Of a stretch of 39,389 nucleotides of DNA, positions 31,552 to 39,389 are shown piece by piece. Where the stretch lies: positions 13,708 through 53,096 of the forward strand of contig CAZCOZ010000001.1 in NCBI GenBank assembly GCA_964500555.1. Direction: 5' to 3'. The stretch is from an uncultured Thiotrichaceae bacterium (GTDB lineage: Bacteria; Pseudomonadota; Gammaproteobacteria; SZUA-229). The notes beneath the pieces are model-generated. The model did not search any database. It was not told the origin of the DNA and worked only from the letters and a program-made list of their open reading frames with translations. Numbering within the stretch: position 1 is the first letter of the stretch; the number at the start of each line of letters is the position of its first letter. The translations under genes were made by a program, and so were the position numbers.

Positions 31552-34500
31552 ATGTCTAACAATGAGCTAAAGAAAGAAGGGATAAAGAAAGAAGAGCTGG
31601 AGAAAAAAGAACGGGAGCTCGCTCGCCTGAAAGAAGTTATCGACTCGATAAAACAGAGTATTGATGAGACTGATAATACCAGTGACTCTCATCACCCCCT
31701 TTCTAACAATGCAAAATTTGACGAAAACAATATAAAAAATGCCCGGATACTATTAGCAGAAGACAATAGTATTAATCAGGATGTCATACATGAACAAATG
31801 GAGATGCTGGGCTACGAAATTGAGATCGTCGATAATGGTGTACAGGTCTTATCCATAATCAAACAGAAAAGTTATGACCTTATTCTCATGGATGCGCATA
31901 TGCCGCATATGGATGGTTTTGCTACCGCCCGAGCTATCCGTTCATTTGAGAGAAAAAATAAACGTGATGCTATTATAATCATTGCATTAACCGCAGATAT
32001 TTCACCAGGCATACAGGAACACTGCACAAGTGTCGGCATGAATGACTATCTAGCTAAACCCTTTTTTATTGATGATCTCGATAATATGCTAAAAAAATGG
32101 TTAAGTAATGCACCTATAGAAAAGTCACATACTATTGAAGTTCAGAAACCACTTTCATTAGACTCTACAGACATTTTAAATATGTCTGTTATCGAACAAT
32201 TACGAATATTAAGCCAGAAAGGTGGACGAAATACGCTAGGCAACGCCATCAGTCGCTACCGTAGTTCAGCTTTAGAACAATTAGATTCAATGCACCACGC
32301 TGCAATGAAAAAAAATTGTAAAGAATTAGCTTCAATCAGTCATAGTCTAAAATCATCCAGTGGAACGCTAGGCGTTAATCTCATTTACACAGCAGCAGCA
32401 GAAATTGAAGAATTGGCTAATACGAATAACATTGGGCATATACAACAAGCTATAACCCAACTTGAAGAAAAACTGATAATTTCCGTACAGGCACTAGAAG
32501 ATTTAGCGGAAAATTCAAAAATAATAGCACCTATAGTAACCTCACCTATGCCTGTTATAGGAAACGATCAACAGTTACTCGTTGTTGATGATAATAAGGT
32601 AACACTCGACACGCTACAAAACGCATTACAACAATTCGGTTACAGAGTTGACAGTGCCAATAACGGTGAAGAAGCATTAGCACTACTTTCAAAGAATAAT
32701 TATGATTTAGTTATTACCGATTTACAGATGCCCGTCATGGATGGTTATGATTTATGCAAAGCAATACGAAGAAAATATACTGCAGAAACATTACCTATCT
32801 TAGTATTGACCAGCACTGCAAACGATGTACACGTACATGATGCTTATGAAATAGGTATTAGTAACTTTATTGTTAAGCCGTTCAATTTTCTAAATCTTGC
32901 CTATACCATTCTATTTACAATACAGAATACACGAAATGCTCACGATTTATGGCGTAATCAACAACTTTTAGGAGTAGCAGAAAATGTAGCTCAGGTAAGC
33001 AACTGGTCATGGGAAATAGATACGCAGAAAATACAGTTTTCGAGCCATTTGCAATGTTATTTTGATCCGCTATTAGATGATATAAACACTCTCGATGAAT
33101 TTATTTCCACGATGAACCTTGATGGGATGCGTTCGGCGATTAAATCATGCCTTTCAAATAAAAAAGAAACGAGTTGGGAGCAAGAGATTATCCACTCAAA
33201 ATATGAAAAATCTCTATATATTCTGCATCGATTTTGCATCATTCATAACGAAAATAATAACTCTGTACTCATCGGAACAGTGCAAAATATATCCTCAATA
33301 CGGCAAGCAGAGCAACGCATCACCGAACTGGCATTTTATGACACACTAACAAAACTCAACAGCCGATCAAGTTTTAATAAAAAACTACAGGAATTAATAA
33401 TCAGCTCCAAACGTAAGACAAAAAAATTTGCCTTACTCTATCTAGATCTTGATAACTTTAAAAACATTAATGATAGCTTTGGACATGATGTCGGCGATCT
33501 ATTATTGAAAGAAGTCGCCAATCGTCTACGTACACTTTTAAGGAAAGATGATTTTGCAAGTCGCCTCGGTGGTGATGAATTTTGCCTACTGCTTCACGAT
33601 ATTACAGATAACCTTTCTGCTGCCAATGTCGCACAACGCTGTCTAGAAATACTGTCTCAACCTATCACGCTTGCTGAAAGAGAATTTTCACCACACGCCA
33701 GTATTGGTATAGCTATCTATCCACAAAATGGAGGTGATGCAACCTTTTTAATAAAAGCTGCTGACACAGCGATGTATGAAGCAAAAAATAATGGTAAAGA
33801 TCAATATGCTTTTTATGAATCTGCAATGACTGACGCAGCTCACCTTCGATTAGTCATCGAAAATGATTTACGTACAGCACTAAGTGACGAACAATTTGAA
33901 CTGTATTACCAACCGAAAATATCACTATCATCAGGTAACGTAACAAGCGTTGAAGCACTTATTCGCTGGAATCATCCGGAAAAAGGTTTATGTCCACCAG
34001 ACAGTTTTATACCTGAAGCTGAACGCATGGGATTAATTGCTGAGCTTGGTGAATGGGTCGTGAAGACGGCATGCAAACAAATAAAATTGTGGCGAAGCCA
34101 GGGACTTAAAGATTTACCCGTTGCAGTCAATATTTCACCAACACATTTCGAACAGGATGGTTTTGCCGAAGATATGGCAAATCTTGTTAATGATTTAGAT
34201 ATATCCCCGTCATTAATTGAAATAGAGATTACTGAAAGTACATCGCGCGACCAACGCGTATTCACCAACACCTGTAAACAACTTCGTGTACTCGGATTTA
34301 GAACCGCTATTGATGATTTTGGAACAGGTTACTCATCACTATCCGTTCTTAAAGACGCTGCAGTTGATGTACTAAAAATTGATAGAGAGTTCGTTCGACA
34401 CATTCCTAACGATTCACAATCTTCAATACTTATTGGTACGATACTCGGTATGAGTAAAGCATTGGGCCTGGAAGTCGTCGCTGAGGGTATTGAAACGGAA

Positions 34501-34644
34501 GAGCAGTTAACCGTTCTCGTCGCGATGGGCTGTCATATGGCTCAAGGTTATTATTTTAGTAAACCTGTTCCTGCTGAAAAAATTCCCGCATTAGCACAAT
34601 GTTGCTTCCGTCGTCCTAAAGCCAATCAAGTTGCATATAAATAA
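31552..34644 (+). CDS. Multidomain signalling protein: coiled coil - REC - Hpt - REC - PAS - GGDEF - EAL
   Basis: 1030 aa. REC1 has ILLAEDN..DLILMDAHMPHMDG..LTAD..YLAKP. Hpt has SISHSLKSSSGTLGV (HxxKG-type phospho-His). REC2 has LLVVDDN..DLVITDLQMPVMDG..LTS..FIVKP. A PAS-like region follows. GGDEF has an intact RLGGDEF and the I-site RKDD 5 residues upstream. EAL has an intact catalytic set (ELYYQP, VEALIRW, NISP, EIEITES, DDFGTGYSSL, KIDREF, EGIETEEQ, QGYYFSKP). Confidence 0.93.
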   Translation: MSNNELKKEGIKKEELEKKERELARLKEVIDSIKQSIDETDNTSDSHHPLSNNAKFDENNIKNARILLAEDNSINQDVIHEQMEMLGYEIEIVDNGVQVLSIIKQKSYDLILMDAHMPHMDGFATARAIRSFERKNKRDAIIIIALTADISPGIQEHCTSVGMNDYLAKPFFIDDLDNMLKKWLSNAPIEKSHTIEVQKPLSLDSTDILNMSVIEQLRILSQKGGRNTLGNAISRYRSSALEQLDSMHHAAMKKNCKELASISHSLKSSSGTLGVNLIYTAAAEIEELANTNNIGHIQQAITQLEEKLIISVQALEDLAENSKIIAPIVTSPMPVIGNDQQLLVVDDNKVTLDTLQNALQQFGYRVDSANNGEEALALLSKNNYDLVITDLQMPVMDGYDLCKAIRRKYTAETLPILVLTSTANDVHVHDAYEIGISNFIVKPFNFLNLAYTILFTIQNTRNAHDLWRNQQLLGVAENVAQVSNWSWEIDTQKIQFSSHLQCYFDPLLDDINTLDEFISTMNLDGMRSAIKSCLSNKKETSWEQEIIHSKYEKSLYILHRFCIIHNENNNSVLIGTVQNISSIRQAEQRITELAFYDTLTKLNSRSSFNKKLQELIISSKRKTKKFALLYLDLDNFKNINDSFGHDVGDLLLKEVANRLRTLLRKDDFASRLGGDEFCLLLHDITDNLSAANVAQRCLEILSQPITLAEREFSPHASIGIAIYPQNGGDATFLIKAADTAMYEAKNNGKDQYAFYESAMTDAAHLRLVIENDLRTALSDEQFELYYQPKISLSSGNVTSVEALIRWNHPEKGLCPPDSFIPEAERMGLIAELGEWVVKTACKQIKLWRSQGLKDLPVAVNISPTHFEQDGFAEDMANLVNDLDISPSLIEIEITESTSRDQRVFTNTCKQLRVLGFRTAIDDFGTGYSSLSVLKDAAVDVLKIDREFVRHIPNDSQSSILIGTILGMSKALGLEVVAEGIETEEQLTVLVAMGCHMAQGYYFSKPVPAEKIPALAQCCFRRPKANQVAYK

Positions 34645-34671
34645 TACAATCAGATATAGTCTAAATAGATC

Positions 34672-35514
34672 ATGAATAATCTTTCGTTACAACAAGAAAT
34701 AGAACAGGAAAGTAACTTACCTGTATTACCACCTGGTATATCAAATTTATTCAAAACACTGGCTGATGAAAATATCACCTACGAAGTCGTCGCAGAAGAA
34801 ATCGAAAGATTTCCAACAATTGCGATAAGAGTTGTCGCAACGGCAAACTCATCATGGGCGGCGCCGATCGCACCGATTACATCATTGCGCGATTCCTGTT
34901 CACGATTAGGCTCGCAACTGGTTCTTAGTATTTCCATCGCGTTATCTGTTTCACAGGCATTTAACCCTTCTCGTTGCCCAGCATTTGAGTCAAAAAAATT
35001 TTGGGTAAGTGCGCTATTAACTGCAGAAGCTGCATTTAATAGCGCAAAAGAAACATCGGATATTTGCCCCGATACAGCACGATTAGCTGGGTTACTCCAT
35101 AATATTGGTTTATTATGGCTCGCAGAAAATAGGCCCTTAGAAATATCGGACGCTATATCTATAAGTCAAAATGATAATGTTTCATTTACACAAACACTAT
35201 TAGAAAAATATGAGCTCGATTTATATGATGTCGGCGGTTACCTGGCGACATCATTAGAATTACCAGAAACAATCGGAACAACTATTGCCAGCTATTCAAG
35301 CAAAAATCTATCTTCGGAAAATATTGATAGCGCAGAACCTTTAATTGTTAATCATCATTACGCGCACCAATTAGCTTCTTCTGTATTATTGCATGCTGAT
35401 GCAAATGGAGAAGATATCGAAACGCCCTATTCTCACGACGACCCACATTTTCAGCAACTCATGGAAAAATTATCGCGTATTCAATCTATGGCTCAGGCTT
35501 TGTTTTTTAGTTAG
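34672..35514 (+). CDS. HDOD-domain protein
   Basis: 280 aa. LPVLPPGISNLFKTLADENITYEVVAEEIERFPTIAIRVVATANSS .. and AGLLHNIGLLWL match the HDOD (HD-related output domain) pattern. It starts 27 nt after the upstream gene and is probably co-transcribed. Confidence 0.85.
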   Translation: MNNLSLQQEIEQESNLPVLPPGISNLFKTLADENITYEVVAEEIERFPTIAIRVVATANSSWAAPIAPITSLRDSCSRLGSQLVLSISIALSVSQAFNPSRCPAFESKKFWVSALLTAEAAFNSAKETSDICPDTARLAGLLHNIGLLWLAENRPLEISDAISISQNDNVSFTQTLLEKYELDLYDVGGYLATSLELPETIGTTIASYSSKNLSSENIDSAEPLIVNHHYAHQLASSVLLHADANGEDIETPYSHDDPHFQQLMEKLSRIQSMAQALFFS

Positions 35515-35537
35515 GGATTAAAAGTTATTAGGAATAA

Positions 35538-35568
35538 AAAAAGGTTGCTCAATTTGAGCAACCTTTTT
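35538..35568. terminator. Bidirectional Rho-independent terminator between the convergent HDOD and VPLPA-CTERM genes
   Basis: Perfect 13-bp stem AAAAAGGTTGCTC / GAGCAACCTTTTT with a 5-nt loop. Each arm carries its own 5-nt A- or T-run, and the A-run extends a further 2 nt upstream, so a U-tract follows the stem on both strands. Confidence 0.88.
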
Positions 35569-35609
35569 GACGTAAAGATTATGTGCCTATGCAAATACTA
35601 GCGCAAATA

Positions 35610-36134
35610 TTAGCTTTTACGACGACGCTGCATAGCTACAAGACCAAGCAAACCTGAAACAAACAACCACGCACTCGCTGGAAGCGGTACAACCGTTGTG
35701 CCTGTATAAAACCGGCCTTTAGAACCGCCACTTACAAATTGTATATCGTCAGCAAAACGAATAAAATCAACACCAGCTTCAGCAATAATGTCACCCGGAT
35801 TGTCAAAAATAGTGAAATCCAGCGATGTAAGAGTACCGGTAGCAGCATTAGTATCAAAACTCAGCACAGGAGCAGCACCGTCACTAATGCCAAAAGTCTC
35901 ACCAAATAGTTCAAACTTCGTGGCACCATGCCATGTACTCACTGTTCCGCTAACTGCGTCATAATCATCTGAATCAAACGCCAAAATAGCTTTACCTATC
36001 TCGCCATCAAACGCGCCACCGTCAATGGTAGTGTTTATTGTGTGGATGACCAAAGCAGCCTGGCTCACTGTACTTGCAAGCAAGAGTGCTGAAGCAAGGA
36101 TAACTGTTTCTATCGATTTTTTTATTTTCATCAT
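35610..36134 (-). CDS. Secreted protein with a C-terminal VPLPA-CTERM (PEP-CTERM-class, exosortase-type) sorting signal
   Basis: Signal peptide MMKIKKSIETVILASALLLASTVSQA. The C-terminus VVPLPASAWLFVSGLLGLVAMQRRRKS gives the motif, a TM helix and a basic tail. The ATG at 36134 is preceded by AAGGAA at 8 nt. The ORF-track start is 36167. Confidence 0.75.
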   Translation of the reverse strand: MMKIKKSIETVILASALLLASTVSQAALVIHTINTTIDGGAFDGEIGKAILAFDSDDYDAVSGTVSTWHGATKFELFGETFGISDGAAPVLSFDTNAATGTLTSLDFTIFDNPGDIIAEAGVDFIRFADDIQFVSGGSKGRFYTGTTVVPLPASAWLFVSGLLGLVAMQRRRKS

Positions 36135-36446
36135 TTTGCTATTCCTTATCGTGTGAATTTTAAACATTTATATTGATTTTAGTTCCAACAATGCACTATC
36201 TATACCAAGTTTATATCTATCTGTATTTATTAGCTTTTTTTAAACCGACTTTCAAACCCATTAAGCAAGTGTAAAACATTCCAACTTTTAACCCTGCCCA
36301 CAATCAAATTTCAGGTAGAGTTGATAAATAATACATAAAATCAGGTAACAACAGCATTAAGTTATTGATTTTTTAAATAATAGAAAAAAATTAATTCACC
36401 TAAACGTAAACTTTTACGACACCTGGCACTATTCCAGTAAAAAGCG

Positions 36447-37835
36447 CTACGTTTCAGGCTCAAGCCAATTATTTATCTCGACCAAATCTTTTTCAGTCAG
36501 GATACCTGCGGCACGCTTAAGTTCTAAGCTATTTGTGATGTATTGATAGCGTGCAGCGAAGTAATCTCGTTTACTGCTGTATAACAAACGTCGTGCTAAC
36601 AGAACATCAACGCTTGTTCGTGTACCCGCATCATAACCCGCACTGGTGGCATCCAGTGATGTTTGTGTTGAAATAACCGCCTGCTCTCGTGCTTTTACTG
36701 TTGAAATATCGGCCGTGAGACTTTGGTAAGCGGAACGCGCTAGTGCTTTGGTTCTACGTTGAGTCAGCTCCTGTATGGCTACCGCCTGATTTAATTCTGA
36801 TGCTCTTTGACGGATAACAGAACTGGTTCGCCCACCACTGTATATTGGTATATCGAGAGAAAGCCTGACCGTTCCAGATTCACTCACATTTGAAGGAATG
36901 GTTGTACCCGTTACGAGAGAGTTACGCTCATCCGTATTCGTTACACCAAAAGAAGCATTTAAATTTAGCGTAGGGTAATGACCACCTTTGCTACCGTTAT
37001 AAGCACTACGCGCGGCATCAACTGCATATTGTGATGAACGTAATTCAAAATTATTCTCCAGTGCACTTTTCTGCCACGCATTTATATCCGTTGGTTCGGG
37101 TACAACAAGCGGAATTTTTTCACGAACAACTTCGACATTTGTGCTGTATACATTAATAATTATGCCAAGTACTTCACGCGCATTTGCCAGCTGATTCTCT
37201 GCAATAATTTTATCTGCCTGTGCAATATCGTAACTAGCCTGTTGCTCTTTCACATCGGTGATATTAGAAAGCCCTACGTTGTAACGTTCTTTACTTTGTT
37301 CGAGTTGCTCACCAATCGCTTTTATTTCTGCCTCAACGGTTTCCAGTGCATCTTTTTCTGTTAACACAGCAAAATAAGCCTGTGCAACCCGAATAATCAT
37401 ATCCTGTTTTGCTACTTCAAAATCAATCAATGCCTGTGCTGCAATGGCATCACCCTGTTCAATATTTTCAAAAATGGTTTTATTAAAAATAACCTGATTT
37501 AAATTCAGCGAATAACCATCACTGTCATCGTCAAACTTCGTCACAACACCAGCACGATCATTTTCTGTCTTACCGCGCTGGACAAATCCATTTATGGCAA
37601 TTTGTGGCAGTACTGCAGCAAAGTTTTGTGAATACGTTTCAGAAACAGCCATATAATTTGCATAAGCCGCAAGAAAAGTCGCATCATAGCTTTTAGCTCG
37701 TTGCACAGCCTCAACAAGGTCTAATGCATACGTATTACTGCTAGCAAATAACAAACTCAGTGTCGTCGTTACTAATATTTTAGATATTTTTTTTCTTACA
37801 AAATGATTTATATCTGGATCGAACATTTGCTTCAT
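36447..37835 (-). CDS. TolC-family outer membrane channel (type I secretion OMP)
   Basis: 462 aa. A signal peptide is followed by two internally repeated TolC-like halves (..LDLVEAVQRAKSYDATFLAAYANY.. / ..ENNFELRSSQYAVDAARSAYNGSKGGHYPTLNLNASFG..). Lies directly downstream of hlyD. Confidence 0.9.
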   Translation of the reverse strand: MKQMFDPDINHFVRKKISKILVTTTLSLLFASSNTYALDLVEAVQRAKSYDATFLAAYANYMAVSETYSQNFAAVLPQIAINGFVQRGKTENDRAGVVTKFDDDSDGYSLNLNQVIFNKTIFENIEQGDAIAAQALIDFEVAKQDMIIRVAQAYFAVLTEKDALETVEAEIKAIGEQLEQSKERYNVGLSNITDVKEQQASYDIAQADKIIAENQLANAREVLGIIINVYSTNVEVVREKIPLVVPEPTDINAWQKSALENNFELRSSQYAVDAARSAYNGSKGGHYPTLNLNASFGVTNTDERNSLVTGTTIPSNVSESGTVRLSLDIPIYSGGRTSSVIRQRASELNQAVAIQELTQRRTKALARSAYQSLTADISTVKAREQAVISTQTSLDATSAGYDAGTRTSVDVLLARRLLYSSKRDYFAARYQYITNSLELKRAAGILTEKDLVEINNWLEPET

Positions 37836-37917
37836 CTTTGTATATGCTCCATATTTTTATTCAGCTCACATCGGTGACTACAATTGTTTATTGCTACCGT
37901 CTTTAATCCTCAATACT

Positions 37918-39282
37918 TTAATCTTCAATAAATGAACGGGCCACTGTATTAAGTATAGGATCGGTAAGGTACTGCAAGAAAGTTCGCTCGCCTGTAAATA
38001 TAAAAGTATCGGCTGGCATACCTGCAATTAAAGAAAGTTTATTGACTTCAAGTTGCGCTAAGCCTTCTTCTGTTATTTCAATAATCGCTAAATAATATGG
38101 CGGTATATCTCGATTTTTTTCGCTGCTAATACTGTCTGCTGAAATATTAATTATTCTACCTTCAATTTTTTTCGTTTCACGTGATTTAAATGCTGAAAAA
38201 TTAATATCTGCTATCTGTCCTACCGTAACACGATCAATATCAAGTAGAGAAATCTGAGCTTCAACAATCAGTCGTTCACTTTGCGGTACAATTTCCATCA
38301 ACTTAGCACCCTGTTGTATTACCGCACCAACTGTGTGAATAGCCAATTCATAAACTGTACCTGTTTGTGGTGAGCGAATAACAGTACGAGAAAGCGTATC
38401 TCCTACTATCTGCAACTGTTCAACTAATTGATACAAACGTTCTTGCACGGTATCCAGTTCACCAGCAACTTCTCTTTGAAGCTCTTTTTGCAACTGCAAA
38501 GACTGTAATTTTGCCGACACGACCTCAGATCGCGTTGCTGCAATGCGTGCAACTAAATCACCTAATGTTCCCTGATTACCCGATACTTCTCGTTGTAGAA
38601 GCCTGACTTGCTGACGTTCAGCAAAACCTTTCTTTTCTAATTTTTTAAGATCTTTATGCTCTGTTTCAAAGGATGCCAATAAACGTTGGCTCGCTTTTTT
38701 CTGTGACACCAGTCCTTTAAGTTGAGAATTAAGCTGTTGCTCCTGTTGCTTGTACAGCTTGATTTCGTTTTCATAGGATTCATTTCGCGCAAAAAAGGTT
38801 TGTTTTTGTACATCAATGACATCGACAACACGGTAATCCTCTTTATGCTCAAGCAATTGTGGCGGAAAAGTAATTTCTTCTTTTAAATCACGCTGTGCTT
38901 TTAACCGCGCTTCACGCGCTAATGCAGAGAAATACTGCCCCTGTACAATTTCCAGTTGAGATTTAGATTGTGTGTCGTCAAGTACCATAACAACCTGACC
39001 TTTTTCAACACGGTCGCCATCACGCACACGTAACGATTTAACAATACCGCCTTCAAGATGCTGTATTGTTTTACGGTTACTTTCGACGCGAAGTTTCCCT
39101 GGAGCATACGCCGCACTCGCAATAGGGGCCAACGCTGCCCAACTGCCAAAACCAAAAAAGACAACGATGATAATAAGGTAACCTGCACGTCGAAAATTGC
39201 GATCCTCGTTTAAGTTCAGTATGTCTTCTGAAGAGCTTTTATTCGACTGTCGCCTGGATGACTTTTTCTTCGTTGTCGTCAT
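37918..39282 (-). CDS. HlyD-family type I secretion membrane fusion (periplasmic adaptor) protein
   Basis: 454 aa. N-terminal TM (YLIIIVVFFGFGSWAALAPI), GKLRVESNRKTIQHLEGGIVKSLRVRDGDRVEKGQVVMVLDDT, a long coiled coil, and C-terminal ..GMPADTFIFTGERTFLQYLTDPI, typical of the HlyD/PrtE/AprE family. Confidence 0.92.
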   Translation of the reverse strand: MTTTKKKSSRRQSNKSSSEDILNLNEDRNFRRAGYLIIIVVFFGFGSWAALAPIASAAYAPGKLRVESNRKTIQHLEGGIVKSLRVRDGDRVEKGQVVMVLDDTQSKSQLEIVQGQYFSALAREARLKAQRDLKEEITFPPQLLEHKEDYRVVDVIDVQKQTFFARNESYENEIKLYKQQEQQLNSQLKGLVSQKKASQRLLASFETEHKDLKKLEKKGFAERQQVRLLQREVSGNQGTLGDLVARIAATRSEVVSAKLQSLQLQKELQREVAGELDTVQERLYQLVEQLQIVGDTLSRTVIRSPQTGTVYELAIHTVGAVIQQGAKLMEIVPQSERLIVEAQISLLDIDRVTVGQIADINFSAFKSRETKKIEGRIINISADSISSEKNRDIPPYYLAIIEITEEGLAQLEVNKLSLIAGMPADTFIFTGERTFLQYLTDPILNTVARSFIED

Positions 39283-39294
39283 AATTAGCCCTGC

Positions 39295-39389
39295 TTATCC
39301 ATTAGTTTTATTGCTTGCCGTTTTATTGCTTGCCGTTTTATTGCTTGCCGTTTTATTGCTGGCTGCTTTATTGCCTAATATTTGATTAC
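39295..39389 (-). CDS. 3' end of an upstream gene in the T1SS operon (possibly the ABC transporter), ending in pentapeptide repeats
   Basis: Only one minus-strand frame is open to the window edge: ..NQILGNKAASNKTASNKTASNKTASNKTNG*. The stop TAA is at 39297..39295, 12 nt before the hlyD ATG. The identity is inferred only from the usual ABC-MFP-OMP gene order. Confidence 0.4.
   Translation of the reverse strand, partial: NQILGNKAASNKTASNKTASNKTASNKTNG
39306..39376. repeat. 15-bp tandem repeat (about 4.7 copies) inside the 3' coding end of the upstream T1SS gene
   Basis: TTTTATTGCTTGCCG occurs three times (39306..39350), followed by TTTTATTGCTGGCTG and a partial copy. It encodes (NKTAS)n on the minus strand. 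Confidence 0.9.

Noticed and set aside
36424-36429. Perfect TGGCAC (-24-like) box on the plus strand in the tolC / VPLPA-CTERM gene spacer
   Set aside because: No TTGC -12 element lies at N5 (the sequence is TGGCAC-TATTC-CAGT), and there is no plus-strand gene downstream.

Overview
AT-rich chromosomal segment from a Gram-negative, gammaproteobacterium-like organism. I cannot name the organism from sequence alone. Almost the whole window is one flagellar regulon on the minus strand. Gene order in the direction of transcription (right to left): 3' end of a type I secretion gene, hlyD, tolC; a VPLPA-CTERM (PEP-CTERM class) secreted protein; on the plus strand a 1030-aa REC-Hpt-REC-PAS-GGDEF-EAL protein and an HDOD protein; a degenerate-GGDEF protein, a SPOR-domain protein, flgA, flgM, flgN; flgBCDEFGHIJKL; a TPR-sulfotransferase; fliC; fliD; flaG; fliS; fliT; on the plus strand a small nuclease-like protein and a spermidine-synthase-fold methyltransferase; an NtrC-type sigma-54 response regulator; fliE, fliF, fliG, fliH, fliI; two tandem FliJ-like genes; and the 5' part of fliK, which runs off the left edge. 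Read by eye, there are four strong sigma-54 promoters (upstream of fliK, the regulator gene, fliS and flgB). There are three strong sigma-28 promoters (fliC, flgM and the plus-strand c-di-GMP gene), plus weaker candidates. No rRNA, tRNA, CRISPR array, transposase or integrase was seen. The most interesting items are: (1) a TPR-sulfotransferase in the flgL-fliC slot that other bacteria use for flagellin-modification genes; (2) a degenerate GGDEF (NADEF, I-site kept) translationally coupled to a SPOR protein and flgAMN, in a cluster whose FlgJ lacks a muramidase domain; (3) a sigma-28-driven phosphorelay/c-di-GMP hybrid plus HDOD; (4) tandem FliJ paralogues; (5) several 13-16 bp tandem-repeat arrays at gene boundaries, including five in-frame copies of the fliE C-terminal 'QV-stop' unit. 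All functional calls rest on motif recognition and synteny. No database search was possible.
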